Origin: an uncultured Dehalococcoidia bacterium
Lineage (GTDB): Bacteria > Chloroflexota > Dehalococcoidia > Lucifugimonadales > UBA3495
Reading direction: 5' to 3'
Length of the DNA stretch: 64,000 nt
NCBI GenBank assembly: GCA_951813535.1
Contig: OX638345.1
Coordinates: 2,899,477 to 2,963,476 of the forward strand
The stretch's first letter is position 1; each line of letters begins with the position of its first letter. The notes under the pieces are model-generated. The model was not told the DNA's origin and did not search any database. It was given only the letters and a program-made list of their open reading frames with translations. Both the position numbers and the translations under genes were made by a program. Positions 44,183 to 52,426 of the stretch are shown here, one piece after another.

Positions 44183-45250
44183 ATGGGCGTAGGCGTTTTA
44201 CAACAGTACCGGGACCTGCTGCCGGTCAGTGAAGAGACACCCATGTTCTCAATGGGTGAAGGCGACACGCCGCTGGTGCGTTCCCGTCAGCTTGGTCCGG
44301 AATTGGGTTGCCCCGACCTCTACTTCAAGCTGGAGGGCTGCAACCCCACCGGATCGTTCAAGGACCGGGGCATGGTGGTGGCCATGGCCAAAGCGCTGGA
44401 AGAGCGCAGCGTTGGCGTGATGTGCGCTTCTACCGGGAATACCAGCGCGTCGGCCGCAGCCTACGCGGCCTATTGCAACCTCGCCGCCTGGGTGTTGATC
44501 CCGAAAGGCGAAGTGGCGTTGGGCAAGTTGGCCCAGGCCATGGCGTACGGGGCCCGCATACTGCTGGTGGACGGCAACTTCGACGCGGCACTGGCGCTGG
44601 TCAGGGAGTTCACCAAGACCAACCCGATCACGCTGGTCAACTCGGTGAACCAGCATCGCATCGAGGGACAAAAGACCGCAGCGTTCGAGATATCCGATGT
44701 ACTGGAAGACGCGCCGGACTACCTGTTCATACCAGTGGGCAACGCGGGCAACATCACGGCATACTGGCGCGGGTTCGTGGAGTACCACCAGTTGGGGCGC
44801 AACGAAATCCTGCCCAAGATGATGGGTTTCCAGGCGGAGGGGGCGGCCCCGATCGTGCGCGGCGAACCGGTCCCGTATCCGCAGACGATAGCCTCGGCAA
44901 TACGCATCGGTAACCCGGCGAGCTGGAAATCGGCGGAGCGGGCGCGAGACCAGTCGGGAGGCGTCATCGACGCGGTTAGCGACGACGAGATCCTCGAGGC
45001 ATACCGGCTGCTGGCGTCGCGAGAGGGGATATTCGGTGAACCGGCCTCTGCGGCCTCCGTAGCCGGCCTGCTCAAGCTGAAGCGAAACGGCTTGGACCTG
45101 ACGGGAAAGCGGGTGGTATGCATCATCACCGGCAGCGGCCTCAAAGACCCGGATATGGCGGTGAGCAGCGCCCAGGCTGATACGGTCGAGGTACAGCCCA
45201 ACCTGGAGGCCATCGAAAACGCCATCATGGAGACCCTGCCCGCCAGATGA
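44183..45250 (+). CDS. thrC: threonine synthase
   Basis: FKLEGCNPTGSFKDRG PLP-lysine motif. 355 aa. Confidence 0.9.
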   Translation: MGVGVLQQYRDLLPVSEETPMFSMGEGDTPLVRSRQLGPELGCPDLYFKLEGCNPTGSFKDRGMVVAMAKALEERSVGVMCASTGNTSASAAAYAAYCNLAAWVLIPKGEVALGKLAQAMAYGARILLVDGNFDAALALVREFTKTNPITLVNSVNQHRIEGQKTAAFEISDVLEDAPDYLFIPVGNAGNITAYWRGFVEYHQLGRNEILPKMMGFQAEGAAPIVRGEPVPYPQTIASAIRIGNPASWKSAERARDQSGGVIDAVSDDEILEAYRLLASREGIFGEPASAASVAGLLKLKRNGLDLTGKRVVCIITGSGLKDPDMAVSSAQADTVEVQPNLEAIENAIMETLPAR

Positions 45251-45849
45251 CCGACGCCGGAACTAAAATGAACCTGGCGGCCATTGAGGTCGCGGTGGGC
45301 ACGGTCCTCAAGTACATCGACGAGGACAGCGGGCGTGAGGGTCTATGGCGGACGCCAGAACGGGTCGCGGAAATGTACGCGGAACTTTTTGCCGGAGTGG
45401 GAAGGGACCCAGCGGCGGAGATTGACGCAGTCTTTTCGGATGACGTGACTCACGACCCCGTAATGGTAGCCGATCTGCCCTTCTACTCGATGTGCGAACA
45501 CCATCTTCTGCCTTTCTTCGGGCGGGCGAGCCTGGTCTACGTACCCGACCGGCACATCGCTGGCATAAGCAAGATCGCCCGGGCGCTGGACGCAACCGCC
45601 CGGCGCTTGCAGGTCCAGGAGCGCTTGACCGCCCAGCTTGCGGAAGCCGTCCTGTCGCGCGTGCAACCGCTGGCGGTGGCGTGCCGCGTGGAGGCGGAAC
45701 ACCTGTGCATGTCGATGCGTGGCATTCAAAAACCGGGTCATCGCGTCGTGACCACCGCGATACGGCACGCGCCGGGTGGACGGGAGAATGGCTCTGCGCC
45801 GTCGTATTCCCCGAGCGAACTGCTGAGCCTACTGGACAACCGAGGATAA
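45247..45849 (+). CDS. folE: GTP cyclohydrolase I
   Basis: FYSMCEHHLLPFFG, ISKIARA and QVQERLT motifs. ATGA overlap with the thrC stop. Confidence 0.9.
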   Translation: MTDAGTKMNLAAIEVAVGTVLKYIDEDSGREGLWRTPERVAEMYAELFAGVGRDPAAEIDAVFSDDVTHDPVMVADLPFYSMCEHHLLPFFGRASLVYVPDRHIAGISKIARALDATARRLQVQERLTAQLAEAVLSRVQPLAVACRVEAEHLCMSMRGIQKPGHRVVTTAIRHAPGGRENGSAPSYSPSELLSLLDNRG

Positions 45850-45863
45850 CCGGCGCCTGTGAC

Positions 45864-46874
45864 ATGACATCAACCTCTCAAGCTAATCCCATCAAGTCAT
45901 TCGAAGACATCCGGCTGCAATGGCAGGAACTGCTGGGCCGGTCGGTGGTCAACAACCTGTACATCACGCCAACGTGGCAGGAACTGTGGTGGAGCGCCTT
46001 CCAGAATGGCCGTTCACTGGCCGGGTTTTACCTCACCGACGGCGCGGGCCAACTCACGGCCCTGGCGTCGTTGTCACGCTACGGCGACAACTTTTCGTTC
46101 GTTGGCAACAGCGACACGTGTGACTACAACGATTTCGTGATAGCCCGCGGGACGGAGCCTGAGTTTTTCCCGGCCCTGCTCGACGCGATCGACTCCGGCG
46201 GGGGACGACAACTCGATCTCTTTTCGGTGGGGGAAGACTCTCCAACATTGGCGATGCTGCCGGACCTCGCGCGTGCGCGGGGTTATTCGGTAGACATTGA
46301 CGAAGAGGACGTGGCGCCGCGCATCGATCTGCCGCCCACCTGGGATGACTATCTGGCCGGGTTGAGCAAGAAAGACCGGCACGAACTGCGGCGGAAATTG
46401 CGTCGGCTCGAGGGGCACGACAACTGGCGGTGGTTCTGCGTTTCAGATCCCGAAGAGGCCACGGAACGCGCGGACACGTTCCTGGACCTGATGCGGCGGA
46501 GCGATCCGGCAAAGGCCGAGTTTCTCACTCCTGACCGGGAAGAGTTCTTCCGGCGGCTCATAGCGGCCACCGCGAGCCAGGGAGTGCTGCGGCTCTTTTT
46601 CATGGAGATGGACGACAAATTGGTCGCCACGTCGCTGTGCCTCGATTACGACGGCGTGCGAATGCTGTACAACAGCGGGCACGACATGGAATACCGCTAC
46701 TACAGCGTCGGACTGCTGCTCCATGCGCTGTGCCTGCGCGACGCTCTGGAACAAGGCTACCGATATTTCGATTTCCTGAGGGGGAACGAACCCTACAAAT
46801 ATAGATTGGGCGGCCGTGACCACCATCTCTACCGCATAACGCTCCGGCGCGCGGATGCGCTAGCCGGCGGATAG
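45864..46874 (+). CDS. GNAT-fold acetyltransferase (CelD/BioF2-like, FemAB-related)
   Basis: ATG 45864 is in frame within listed ORF 45492..46874, whose 5' part overlaps folE. The C-terminal FDFLRGNEPYKYRLG motif is typical of the CelD/Acetyltransf_6 group. Confidence 0.65.
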   Translation: MTSTSQANPIKSFEDIRLQWQELLGRSVVNNLYITPTWQELWWSAFQNGRSLAGFYLTDGAGQLTALASLSRYGDNFSFVGNSDTCDYNDFVIARGTEPEFFPALLDAIDSGGGRQLDLFSVGEDSPTLAMLPDLARARGYSVDIDEEDVAPRIDLPPTWDDYLAGLSKKDRHELRRKLRRLEGHDNWRWFCVSDPEEATERADTFLDLMRRSDPAKAEFLTPDREEFFRRLIAATASQGVLRLFFMEMDDKLVATSLCLDYDGVRMLYNSGHDMEYRYYSVGLLLHALCLRDALEQGYRYFDFLRGNEPYKYRLGGRDHHLYRITLRRADALAGG

Positions 46875-46970
46875 CGACACGCATCAGAAACATCCTACTG
46901 CTAAAATTCGGAACCTCCCTATCATGAATATCATATCTGTGCGTGTCGACCGCCGCAGGAGCGTCTTGCT

Positions 46971-48209
46971 TTGATATCTGACTGTACATCTCGCGTTGCC
47001 CTGATCTCCTACCACACGTGTCCGTTGGCTGCGCCCGGGCAAGGAAAGGCGGGAGGGATGAACGTGCACGTCCGCGAATTGGCGCGGGCAATGGCGGACA
47101 CGGGAGTGGGAGTCGACGTATTCACTCGAGAGCACGATTACGTTTGTGATGCGGTCGGCGGCGGTAGCGACAGGATCAACTACGTTCACGTTCCCGCCGG
47201 TCCTGCCGATGCCGCCCTGAACGACCTGGCCAGCTACCTGGATGATTTCGTCGCTGGAGTCGGGGAGTATCAACAGCGCAACAATGTTCGATACGTGGCG
47301 ATCCATTCTCACTATTGGCTAAGCGGGTGGGCCGGCACACGCGTGGCGGCCGCGACGGGGGCGCCCCACGTCGTCACCTTCCATACCCTGTCGCGGATCA
47401 AGATGCAGTCGCGCTCTGGGGAACAGGAGCCGCCGGTGCGCCAGGAGATGGAAGAGCGGATCATCGCGGACGCCGATTGCCTGGTGGCGTTCAGTCCCCA
47501 CGAGCGGGACGCGATGGTGCGGCTCTACGGGGCCGACGGAAAGCGGGTGGAACTCATACCGTGCGGGGTCGACCTGGGTCGATTCCGGCCCATCGGACGG
47601 ACGGCAGCGCGCCGGGAACTCGGTCTGAACGGGCACAAGGTACTGTTATACGTGGGCCGCATCGAGCCGCTGAAGGGAATGGATCTGCTGCTGCACGCCG
47701 CAGCCTCGCTGGAATCAGAGGAAGGCGTACAGGTGCTGGTGGTGGGTTCGGACGCCGACGGCAGCGGGGAGCTGGAAAGGTTGCACAAGCTGTCCGACGA
47801 TCTGCAACTGGGCCACACGGTCGAGTTCGTCGGGCGGGTGCCGCAGGAGCGGTTGGCCCTGTACTACTCTGCAGCCGACGTATGCGTCGTCCCGTCGTTT
47901 TACGAGAGTTTCGGTCTCGCCGCGCTGGAGAGCATGGCGTGCGGCACTCCGGTGGTGGCTTCCCGCGTCGGCGGGCTCTCCACGATAGTGCAGCACGGCC
48001 GCACTGGGTACCTGAAGTCGTGGCGCTGCCCCGAGGCGTTCGCCCAGTCGTTGGAAATGATCATGGCCAACGAAGACCTGCGGGACAGCATGGGCCGGGC
48101 TGCGCGAAGCCGAGCCGAAACCCTGAGTTGGGACCAGGTAGCCGGTCGCCTGCTCGCGCTCTACGATCGCCTGACGACGGACGAACCGATTCCCGGAACC
48201 GCTGACTGA
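46971..48209 (+). CDS. GT4 glycosyltransferase, MshA-like
   Basis: TTG start with AGGAG 9 nt upstream. N-terminus RVALISYHTCPLAAPGQGKAGGMNVHV closely parallels the MshA signature (..HTSPL.QPG.GDAGGMNVYV). C-terminal E..G....EAMA.G.PVV GT-B motif (ESFGLAALESMACGTPVV). Confidence 0.75.
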   Translation: MISDCTSRVALISYHTCPLAAPGQGKAGGMNVHVRELARAMADTGVGVDVFTREHDYVCDAVGGGSDRINYVHVPAGPADAALNDLASYLDDFVAGVGEYQQRNNVRYVAIHSHYWLSGWAGTRVAAATGAPHVVTFHTLSRIKMQSRSGEQEPPVRQEMEERIIADADCLVAFSPHERDAMVRLYGADGKRVELIPCGVDLGRFRPIGRTAARRELGLNGHKVLLYVGRIEPLKGMDLLLHAAASLESEEGVQVLVVGSDADGSGELERLHKLSDDLQLGHTVEFVGRVPQERLALYYSAADVCVVPSFYESFGLAALESMACGTPVVASRVGGLSTIVQHGRTGYLKSWRCPEAFAQSLEMIMANEDLRDSMGRAARSRAETLSWDQVAGRLLALYDRLTTDEPIPGTAD

Positions 48210-49063
48210 TGGATCCCACGCCGCGACGACGGATGCCCAACGACTTCAGCATGGCGGATTACCCGGGCTTCGGCAGGCAGAGCCCTCCGCGGCGCCGTCG
48301 GCCCTTCGCGTCCGCGCTGCGCCACCTCGAGAGCCGAATGGGCGCCGGGCTGCTGGTGTTCCTGCCGGTGCTGGTGACCTATTTCGTCTTCAACTTCTTC
48401 TACGACGTCCTGTCTTCGCTGCTGGAGCCATTTGTCCGTTGGCTGAATATTCCCAAAACCGGGGGGTTCGATTGGACGGACCTTGTCGGAGTAGCCGCGG
48501 TGCTGGTGGTGATTTACGTCGTCGGCCTGCTCATCGGCTGGGCGGTGGTCAAGTTCCTGATCAATCAGGTGCACGATTTGATCGGGCGGCTCCCGGTGGT
48601 TGGAGCGGTGTACAAGACGACGCGGGCTGGCATCGATTTCCTGTCGGATACTCAAACGCAGGCATACCGTGGGGTGGTGCTGATGGAGTTTCCCCGCCTT
48701 GGGGTTTTGTCGATCGGGTTGATCACGTCCAACCTGGGCAAACTGGACGGCGTCGAGGACTATCTGTCGATTTACGTCCCCACGACTCCGGTGCCTTCTT
48801 CCGGCTACCTGGTGGTGGCCCCGTCGAGCAAGGTGACCTCCACCGATATCACGGTAGACGAAGCGATGCGCATCATCATTTCCGGCGGCATCCTGGCCGG
48901 GGACATCTTCGCGGACCGAGTTTCGCTGGGCGGCGTTCAGAACGCGCCATTAGACCTGCATTGGTTGTGGGGTGACGGCGGAAACGTGGAGCCGTTGGCA
49001 GACGAACCGGCTCCACCACTGGTGCCGGAGCCGGCTCCCGTGGTTACGGGGATTCAAGACTAG
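48209..49063 (+). CDS. DUF502 membrane protein
   Basis: Two N-terminal TM helices, then the GRLPVVGAVY...PTTPVPSSGYL pattern of DUF502. The start overlaps the GT4 stop (TGATG). Confidence 0.7.
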   Translation: MDPTPRRRMPNDFSMADYPGFGRQSPPRRRRPFASALRHLESRMGAGLLVFLPVLVTYFVFNFFYDVLSSLLEPFVRWLNIPKTGGFDWTDLVGVAAVLVVIYVVGLLIGWAVVKFLINQVHDLIGRLPVVGAVYKTTRAGIDFLSDTQTQAYRGVVLMEFPRLGVLSIGLITSNLGKLDGVEDYLSIYVPTTPVPSSGYLVVAPSSKVTSTDITVDEAMRIIISGGILAGDIFADRVSLGGVQNAPLDLHWLWGDGGNVEPLADEPAPPLVPEPAPVVTGIQD

Positions 49064-49157
49064 ACGCATCAGCGGTTACCGGCTGAGACGATCCGGGGAA
49101 GAAACGGGTCGTATTCCGCATTTTTCATCTGCATTCTGACCCGGAGGAGCATATTCC

Positions 49158-49889
49158 ATGGACAACACACCCGAACGCGCTTTGGTGGTTATCCCACATC
49201 CCGATGACGCGGAAGTCTGGGCAGGCGGCACTATCGCCCGCTGGGTGCGCGGCGGCTGTTACGTCCATTACGTGCTGTGCACCGACGGCAGCAGGGGCAC
49301 GGACGATCCGGAGACGGATCCATCCGAGTTGGTAGCCATGCGCAGCCGGGAGCAACTGGCGGCAGCGGACGTCCTGGGCGTGAAAAACGTAGTGATGCTG
49401 GGCCGGACGGACGGCGAACTGGAAGATACGTCGGATTTCCGGAGGGACCTGGTTCGGCAGATCCGCATGGTCAAGCCTGACGTGGTGCTGACGACCGAGC
49501 CCTACCGGCGCAACATGCAGTGGCACCGGGACCACCGGATCGCGGGACAGGTGACGCTGGACGCGGTGTTCCCGTACGCCAGGGACCACCTGCACTTCGG
49601 CGAGCTTTTCGCCAACGAAGGCATCGAGCCCCACAAAACCGCAGCGGTGATGTTCTGGGGATCGGAAAACCCCAACACCTTCGTGGACATAGCCGCCGAT
49701 TTCGACGCCAAGATGGACGCGGTGATGGCGCACCGTACCCAAGCGCGCCAACGCACCAGGGAAGAGCTGGAAGAATTCGTGAGGGCAAGGGCCAAAGAGG
49801 CTGCCGAAGCCGGGAACGAATACCCCGACGAGGAATTCAGCGGACTCGCGCTGGCCGAAGCGTTCCGGCGGGTGACGTTCCGGACCTAG
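49158..49889 (+). CDS. PIG-L/LmbE-family N-acetylglucosaminyl deacetylase
   Basis: ALVVIPHPDDAEVWAGGT zinc motif, a later HRDH motif and GGAGGAG upstream. Confidence 0.8.
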   Translation: MDNTPERALVVIPHPDDAEVWAGGTIARWVRGGCYVHYVLCTDGSRGTDDPETDPSELVAMRSREQLAAADVLGVKNVVMLGRTDGELEDTSDFRRDLVRQIRMVKPDVVLTTEPYRRNMQWHRDHRIAGQVTLDAVFPYARDHLHFGELFANEGIEPHKTAAVMFWGSENPNTFVDIAADFDAKMDAVMAHRTQARQRTREELEEFVRARAKEAAEAGNEYPDEEFSGLALAEAFRRVTFRT

Positions 49890-49913
49890 CCGCTATAACC
49901 TGGTTGGCTCCGG

Positions 49914-51353
49914 CTAGATCGGCGCTCGTCGGGTGTGCCACTCGGTGGCCTCCTGGTAGGCGTATGCGGCTCTCAGGATGGTTGCCTCCGCGAATGGCCC
50001 AGCGCCAAGCTGAACGCCGATCGGGAGCCCATCTTCCGTGAAGCCTCCCGGGATAGACACGGCGGGCATGCCGGCCAACGGGTAGCAGCCGGTGTACGAC
50101 CGCCGGAAGAAGAACCGTTGGCGCACATCGTCGGCCGACTCGAACGGCGCCGTCAGGGCATCGTGTCGCGGAGCCGGATATGGCGCGGTCGGGGACACCA
50201 GCAAGTCGACCTGGCGGAAGGCGTCCTCGAACTGGCGACGGAGCAGGACACGAGCCTTCATGGCCCGGTTCTGCACCTTGGCCGGAACCAGGGAAGCGCT
50301 CTGAAGGCGGGTGCGGGAAGCCCGGTCCAATAGCTCGGGGGACCGCCGCATCAGACCGTCGCGGGCGCCGGCTCCTTCGGTATCGGCAATGCCCACGAAG
50401 ATCGCACCCGCGATTTCCGTCAACGGAAGAGACACGTTGACCACCTCGGCGCCCAGGCCGGCGAGCGTCTCGAGGACCGCTTCGGTAGCGCGCCGCACGT
50501 CCGGGTGCATGTCGGGCGCGTCGCACAACTCCGTCATGCGGCCAACCTTCATGCCGCGGATGTCGCCGTCGAGCATGCCGCGATAGTCGGGAACCAGGCG
50601 CCGGCTGGTGGTAGGATCCATGGGGTCGTAGCCAGCCACGGCGCCCAAAACCAGAGCGCAGTCCTCAACGGTCTTGGTCATGGGTGATGCTGCATCCATG
50701 AACCAGCACATGGGTGTGATCCCGTGCCGGCTGATGCGCGTGAAGGTCGGCCGCAGGCCCACCGCGTTGCAGTACGAAGCCGGCCCGCGTCCACTCCCGC
50801 CCGTGTCCTCGCCTACGGACGCGGCACAGAGATTGGCCGCCAGGGCCGCGCCCGACCCGCTGCTCGACTCGCCGGGAGTGTGTCCGCTGCGCCAGGGATT
50901 GTCAGGAGTGCCGTACGGCGGATCCGCGGTTCCGCCCATGGCCAGTTCACTGAGGTTGAGCTTGCCCAGCAGGATCGCTCCGGCGGACTTGAGACGGGTC
51001 ACCACCGTTGCATCCTCGGCCGGCACGTTGTCCGCATAGGCGCGGGAGCCGTTGCTGGTGAGGATGCCCTCGGTGTTGAACTGGTCCTTGATGGCCATGG
51101 GGACGCCGAACAGAGCGCCACGGACGGCCGTTTCGTCTCCGCGACGCAACGCCTCGTCCACGTCCGCGGCGGCGCCCAGGGCCTCCTCGCGGCACACGGT
51201 GATGTAGGCCTTGATGGCGCCGTCCATGGCGTCGATGCGGCGGAGATAAGCGTTCACCGCGTCGGTGGCGGTGAAATCCCCGTTGCGGATGGCCGCTGAA
51301 GTGGCTTCAGCGGAGAGGAAGACGATGTCGTCGTGGGCTCGGGTAGAGGTCAT
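49914..51353 (-). CDS. amidase-signature enzyme (GatA/AtzE-like)
   Basis: MAIKDQF (Lys), a GESSSGSGAA Ser-rich signature and GGSGRGPAS. 479 aa. Confidence 0.85.
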   Translation of the reverse strand: MTSTRAHDDIVFLSAEATSAAIRNGDFTATDAVNAYLRRIDAMDGAIKAYITVCREEALGAAADVDEALRRGDETAVRGALFGVPMAIKDQFNTEGILTSNGSRAYADNVPAEDATVVTRLKSAGAILLGKLNLSELAMGGTADPPYGTPDNPWRSGHTPGESSSGSGAALAANLCAASVGEDTGGSGRGPASYCNAVGLRPTFTRISRHGITPMCWFMDAASPMTKTVEDCALVLGAVAGYDPMDPTTSRRLVPDYRGMLDGDIRGMKVGRMTELCDAPDMHPDVRRATEAVLETLAGLGAEVVNVSLPLTEIAGAIFVGIADTEGAGARDGLMRRSPELLDRASRTRLQSASLVPAKVQNRAMKARVLLRRQFEDAFRQVDLLVSPTAPYPAPRHDALTAPFESADDVRQRFFFRRSYTGCYPLAGMPAVSIPGGFTEDGLPIGVQLGAGPFAEATILRAAYAYQEATEWHTRRAPI

Positions 51354-51670
51354 TGTGAAGCTCCGGCGGTTTGGCCTGCCTGAATGACGGCATACTGTTT
51401 GGCGATGATCGCCTGGAACGCGGGGGAAACCTCGTGCCAGTCCAGGACGTCGACACGGAATGGCAGGGTGGATTCCTGAAACGCCTCAATCAATCGTCCG
51501 GCTTTTTGGAAACCCAAAGGCTCCGGCCCCATCACTGCCAGATCCAAATCGGACCACGGCTTGGTCATCCCAGTTACGCGCGAGCCGAAAGCGTACACTT
51601 CGCATCCAGGGACGTATTGTTCCAGTATGCTCTTGATTTCGGCCAATTGATCCGGTCTCACGTCAATCAT
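51350..51670 (-). CDS. MNT-type minimal nucleotidyltransferase (antitoxin of HEPN/MNT pair)
   Basis: ATG 51670 gives MIDVRPDQLAEIK...YAFGSRVTG...SDLDLAV (GS...DxD pol-beta motif). The stop TGA overlaps the amidase ATG (ATGA). Confidence 0.8.
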   Translation of the reverse strand: MIDVRPDQLAEIKSILEQYVPGCEVYAFGSRVTGMTKPWSDLDLAVMGPEPLGFQKAGRLIEAFQESTLPFRVDVLDWHEVSPAFQAIIAKQYAVIQAGQTAGASQ

Positions 51671-52106
51671 TGCGGGCCTCCAGAGCGTGCAATAAACATC
51701 GTGCGTCCTGCAGAAAAGCCGGTATTGCTGCAAAGACTGCGTCGGCCGTGGTTTTTCTGTAGGTGTGTGACGTATCATTTCGCGCCAAGTGGTGATCCAT
51801 CCAGCGATCAACATCGTCTATGAGGCGATTCTCTGCGCCCAGCCGGAACAGCTCGCGCCTGGTGACACCGTCGGCCGAGTTAGGGTTGACGTTGAGCTCC
51901 AACCAGCGCTTGATCGATAGCCATGAAAGCTCGTAGGTGAACTCGAAGTGTTTGATCACGCCGGATTGAAGCACTCGGCGGAAGGCTTCTTCCAAGTCGC
52001 CCGTCGTCAGGTGCTCGCCCTCCCGATCATCCAGTGCCTGATAAACGGCGAGGGCCTGCTCAAGGCTTCCGATGGCATTTTGCAGGTTTTCCAGGTCAAG
52101 AGGCAT
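51663..52106 (-). CDS. HEPN-domain protein, HI0074 nucleotidyltransferase-substrate-binding family (toxin)
   Basis: 147 aa with the RNDTSHTY R-x4-H HEPN motif. 8-nt overlap with the MNT gene. Confidence 0.8.
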   Translation of the reverse strand: MPLDLENLQNAIGSLEQALAVYQALDDREGEHLTTGDLEEAFRRVLQSGVIKHFEFTYELSWLSIKRWLELNVNPNSADGVTRRELFRLGAENRLIDDVDRWMDHHLARNDTSHTYRKTTADAVFAAIPAFLQDARCLLHALEARND

Positions 52107-52141
52107 GGAGGCTCACAGAGGACACTTCCCCCTCCTCGGGT

Positions 52142-52336
52142 TCAGCCTTCGCCGGCGTCCGGAAAGATGGTGACGGGTTCAAGGCCCTCCAGATCCAGGT
52201 CGCGCAAACGATCAAGTTCCTGCATCAGGCTGGCGAAGCGATTGGCCACTTCGGGCAAATCGGAATCGTCGATAAATATTCCCACCAGGTCCGCCATTTT
52301 ACGTACCTGTTCAACACTGAGATCAGGGTCAGGCAT
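52142..52336 (-). CDS. GatC/AtzG-like small amidase accessory subunit
   Basis: 64 aa. LSVEQVRKMADLVGIFIDDSDLPEVANRFASLMQELDRLRDLDLEGLEPV parallels the GatC pattern (..EEV..IA.LARL.L..EE.......L..IL.....L...D..GVEP). Confidence 0.6.
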   Translation of the reverse strand: MPDPDLSVEQVRKMADLVGIFIDDSDLPEVANRFASLMQELDRLRDLDLEGLEPVTIFPDAGEG

Positions 52337-52426
52337 GAGCTTGTTCGTCCTTTACGGTAACTAGTTGACCGGGCAACGGCGCAAGGGCGGGCTCAACCAT
52401 GCGCCGGAACGCGTGCAGGTGGGTGA

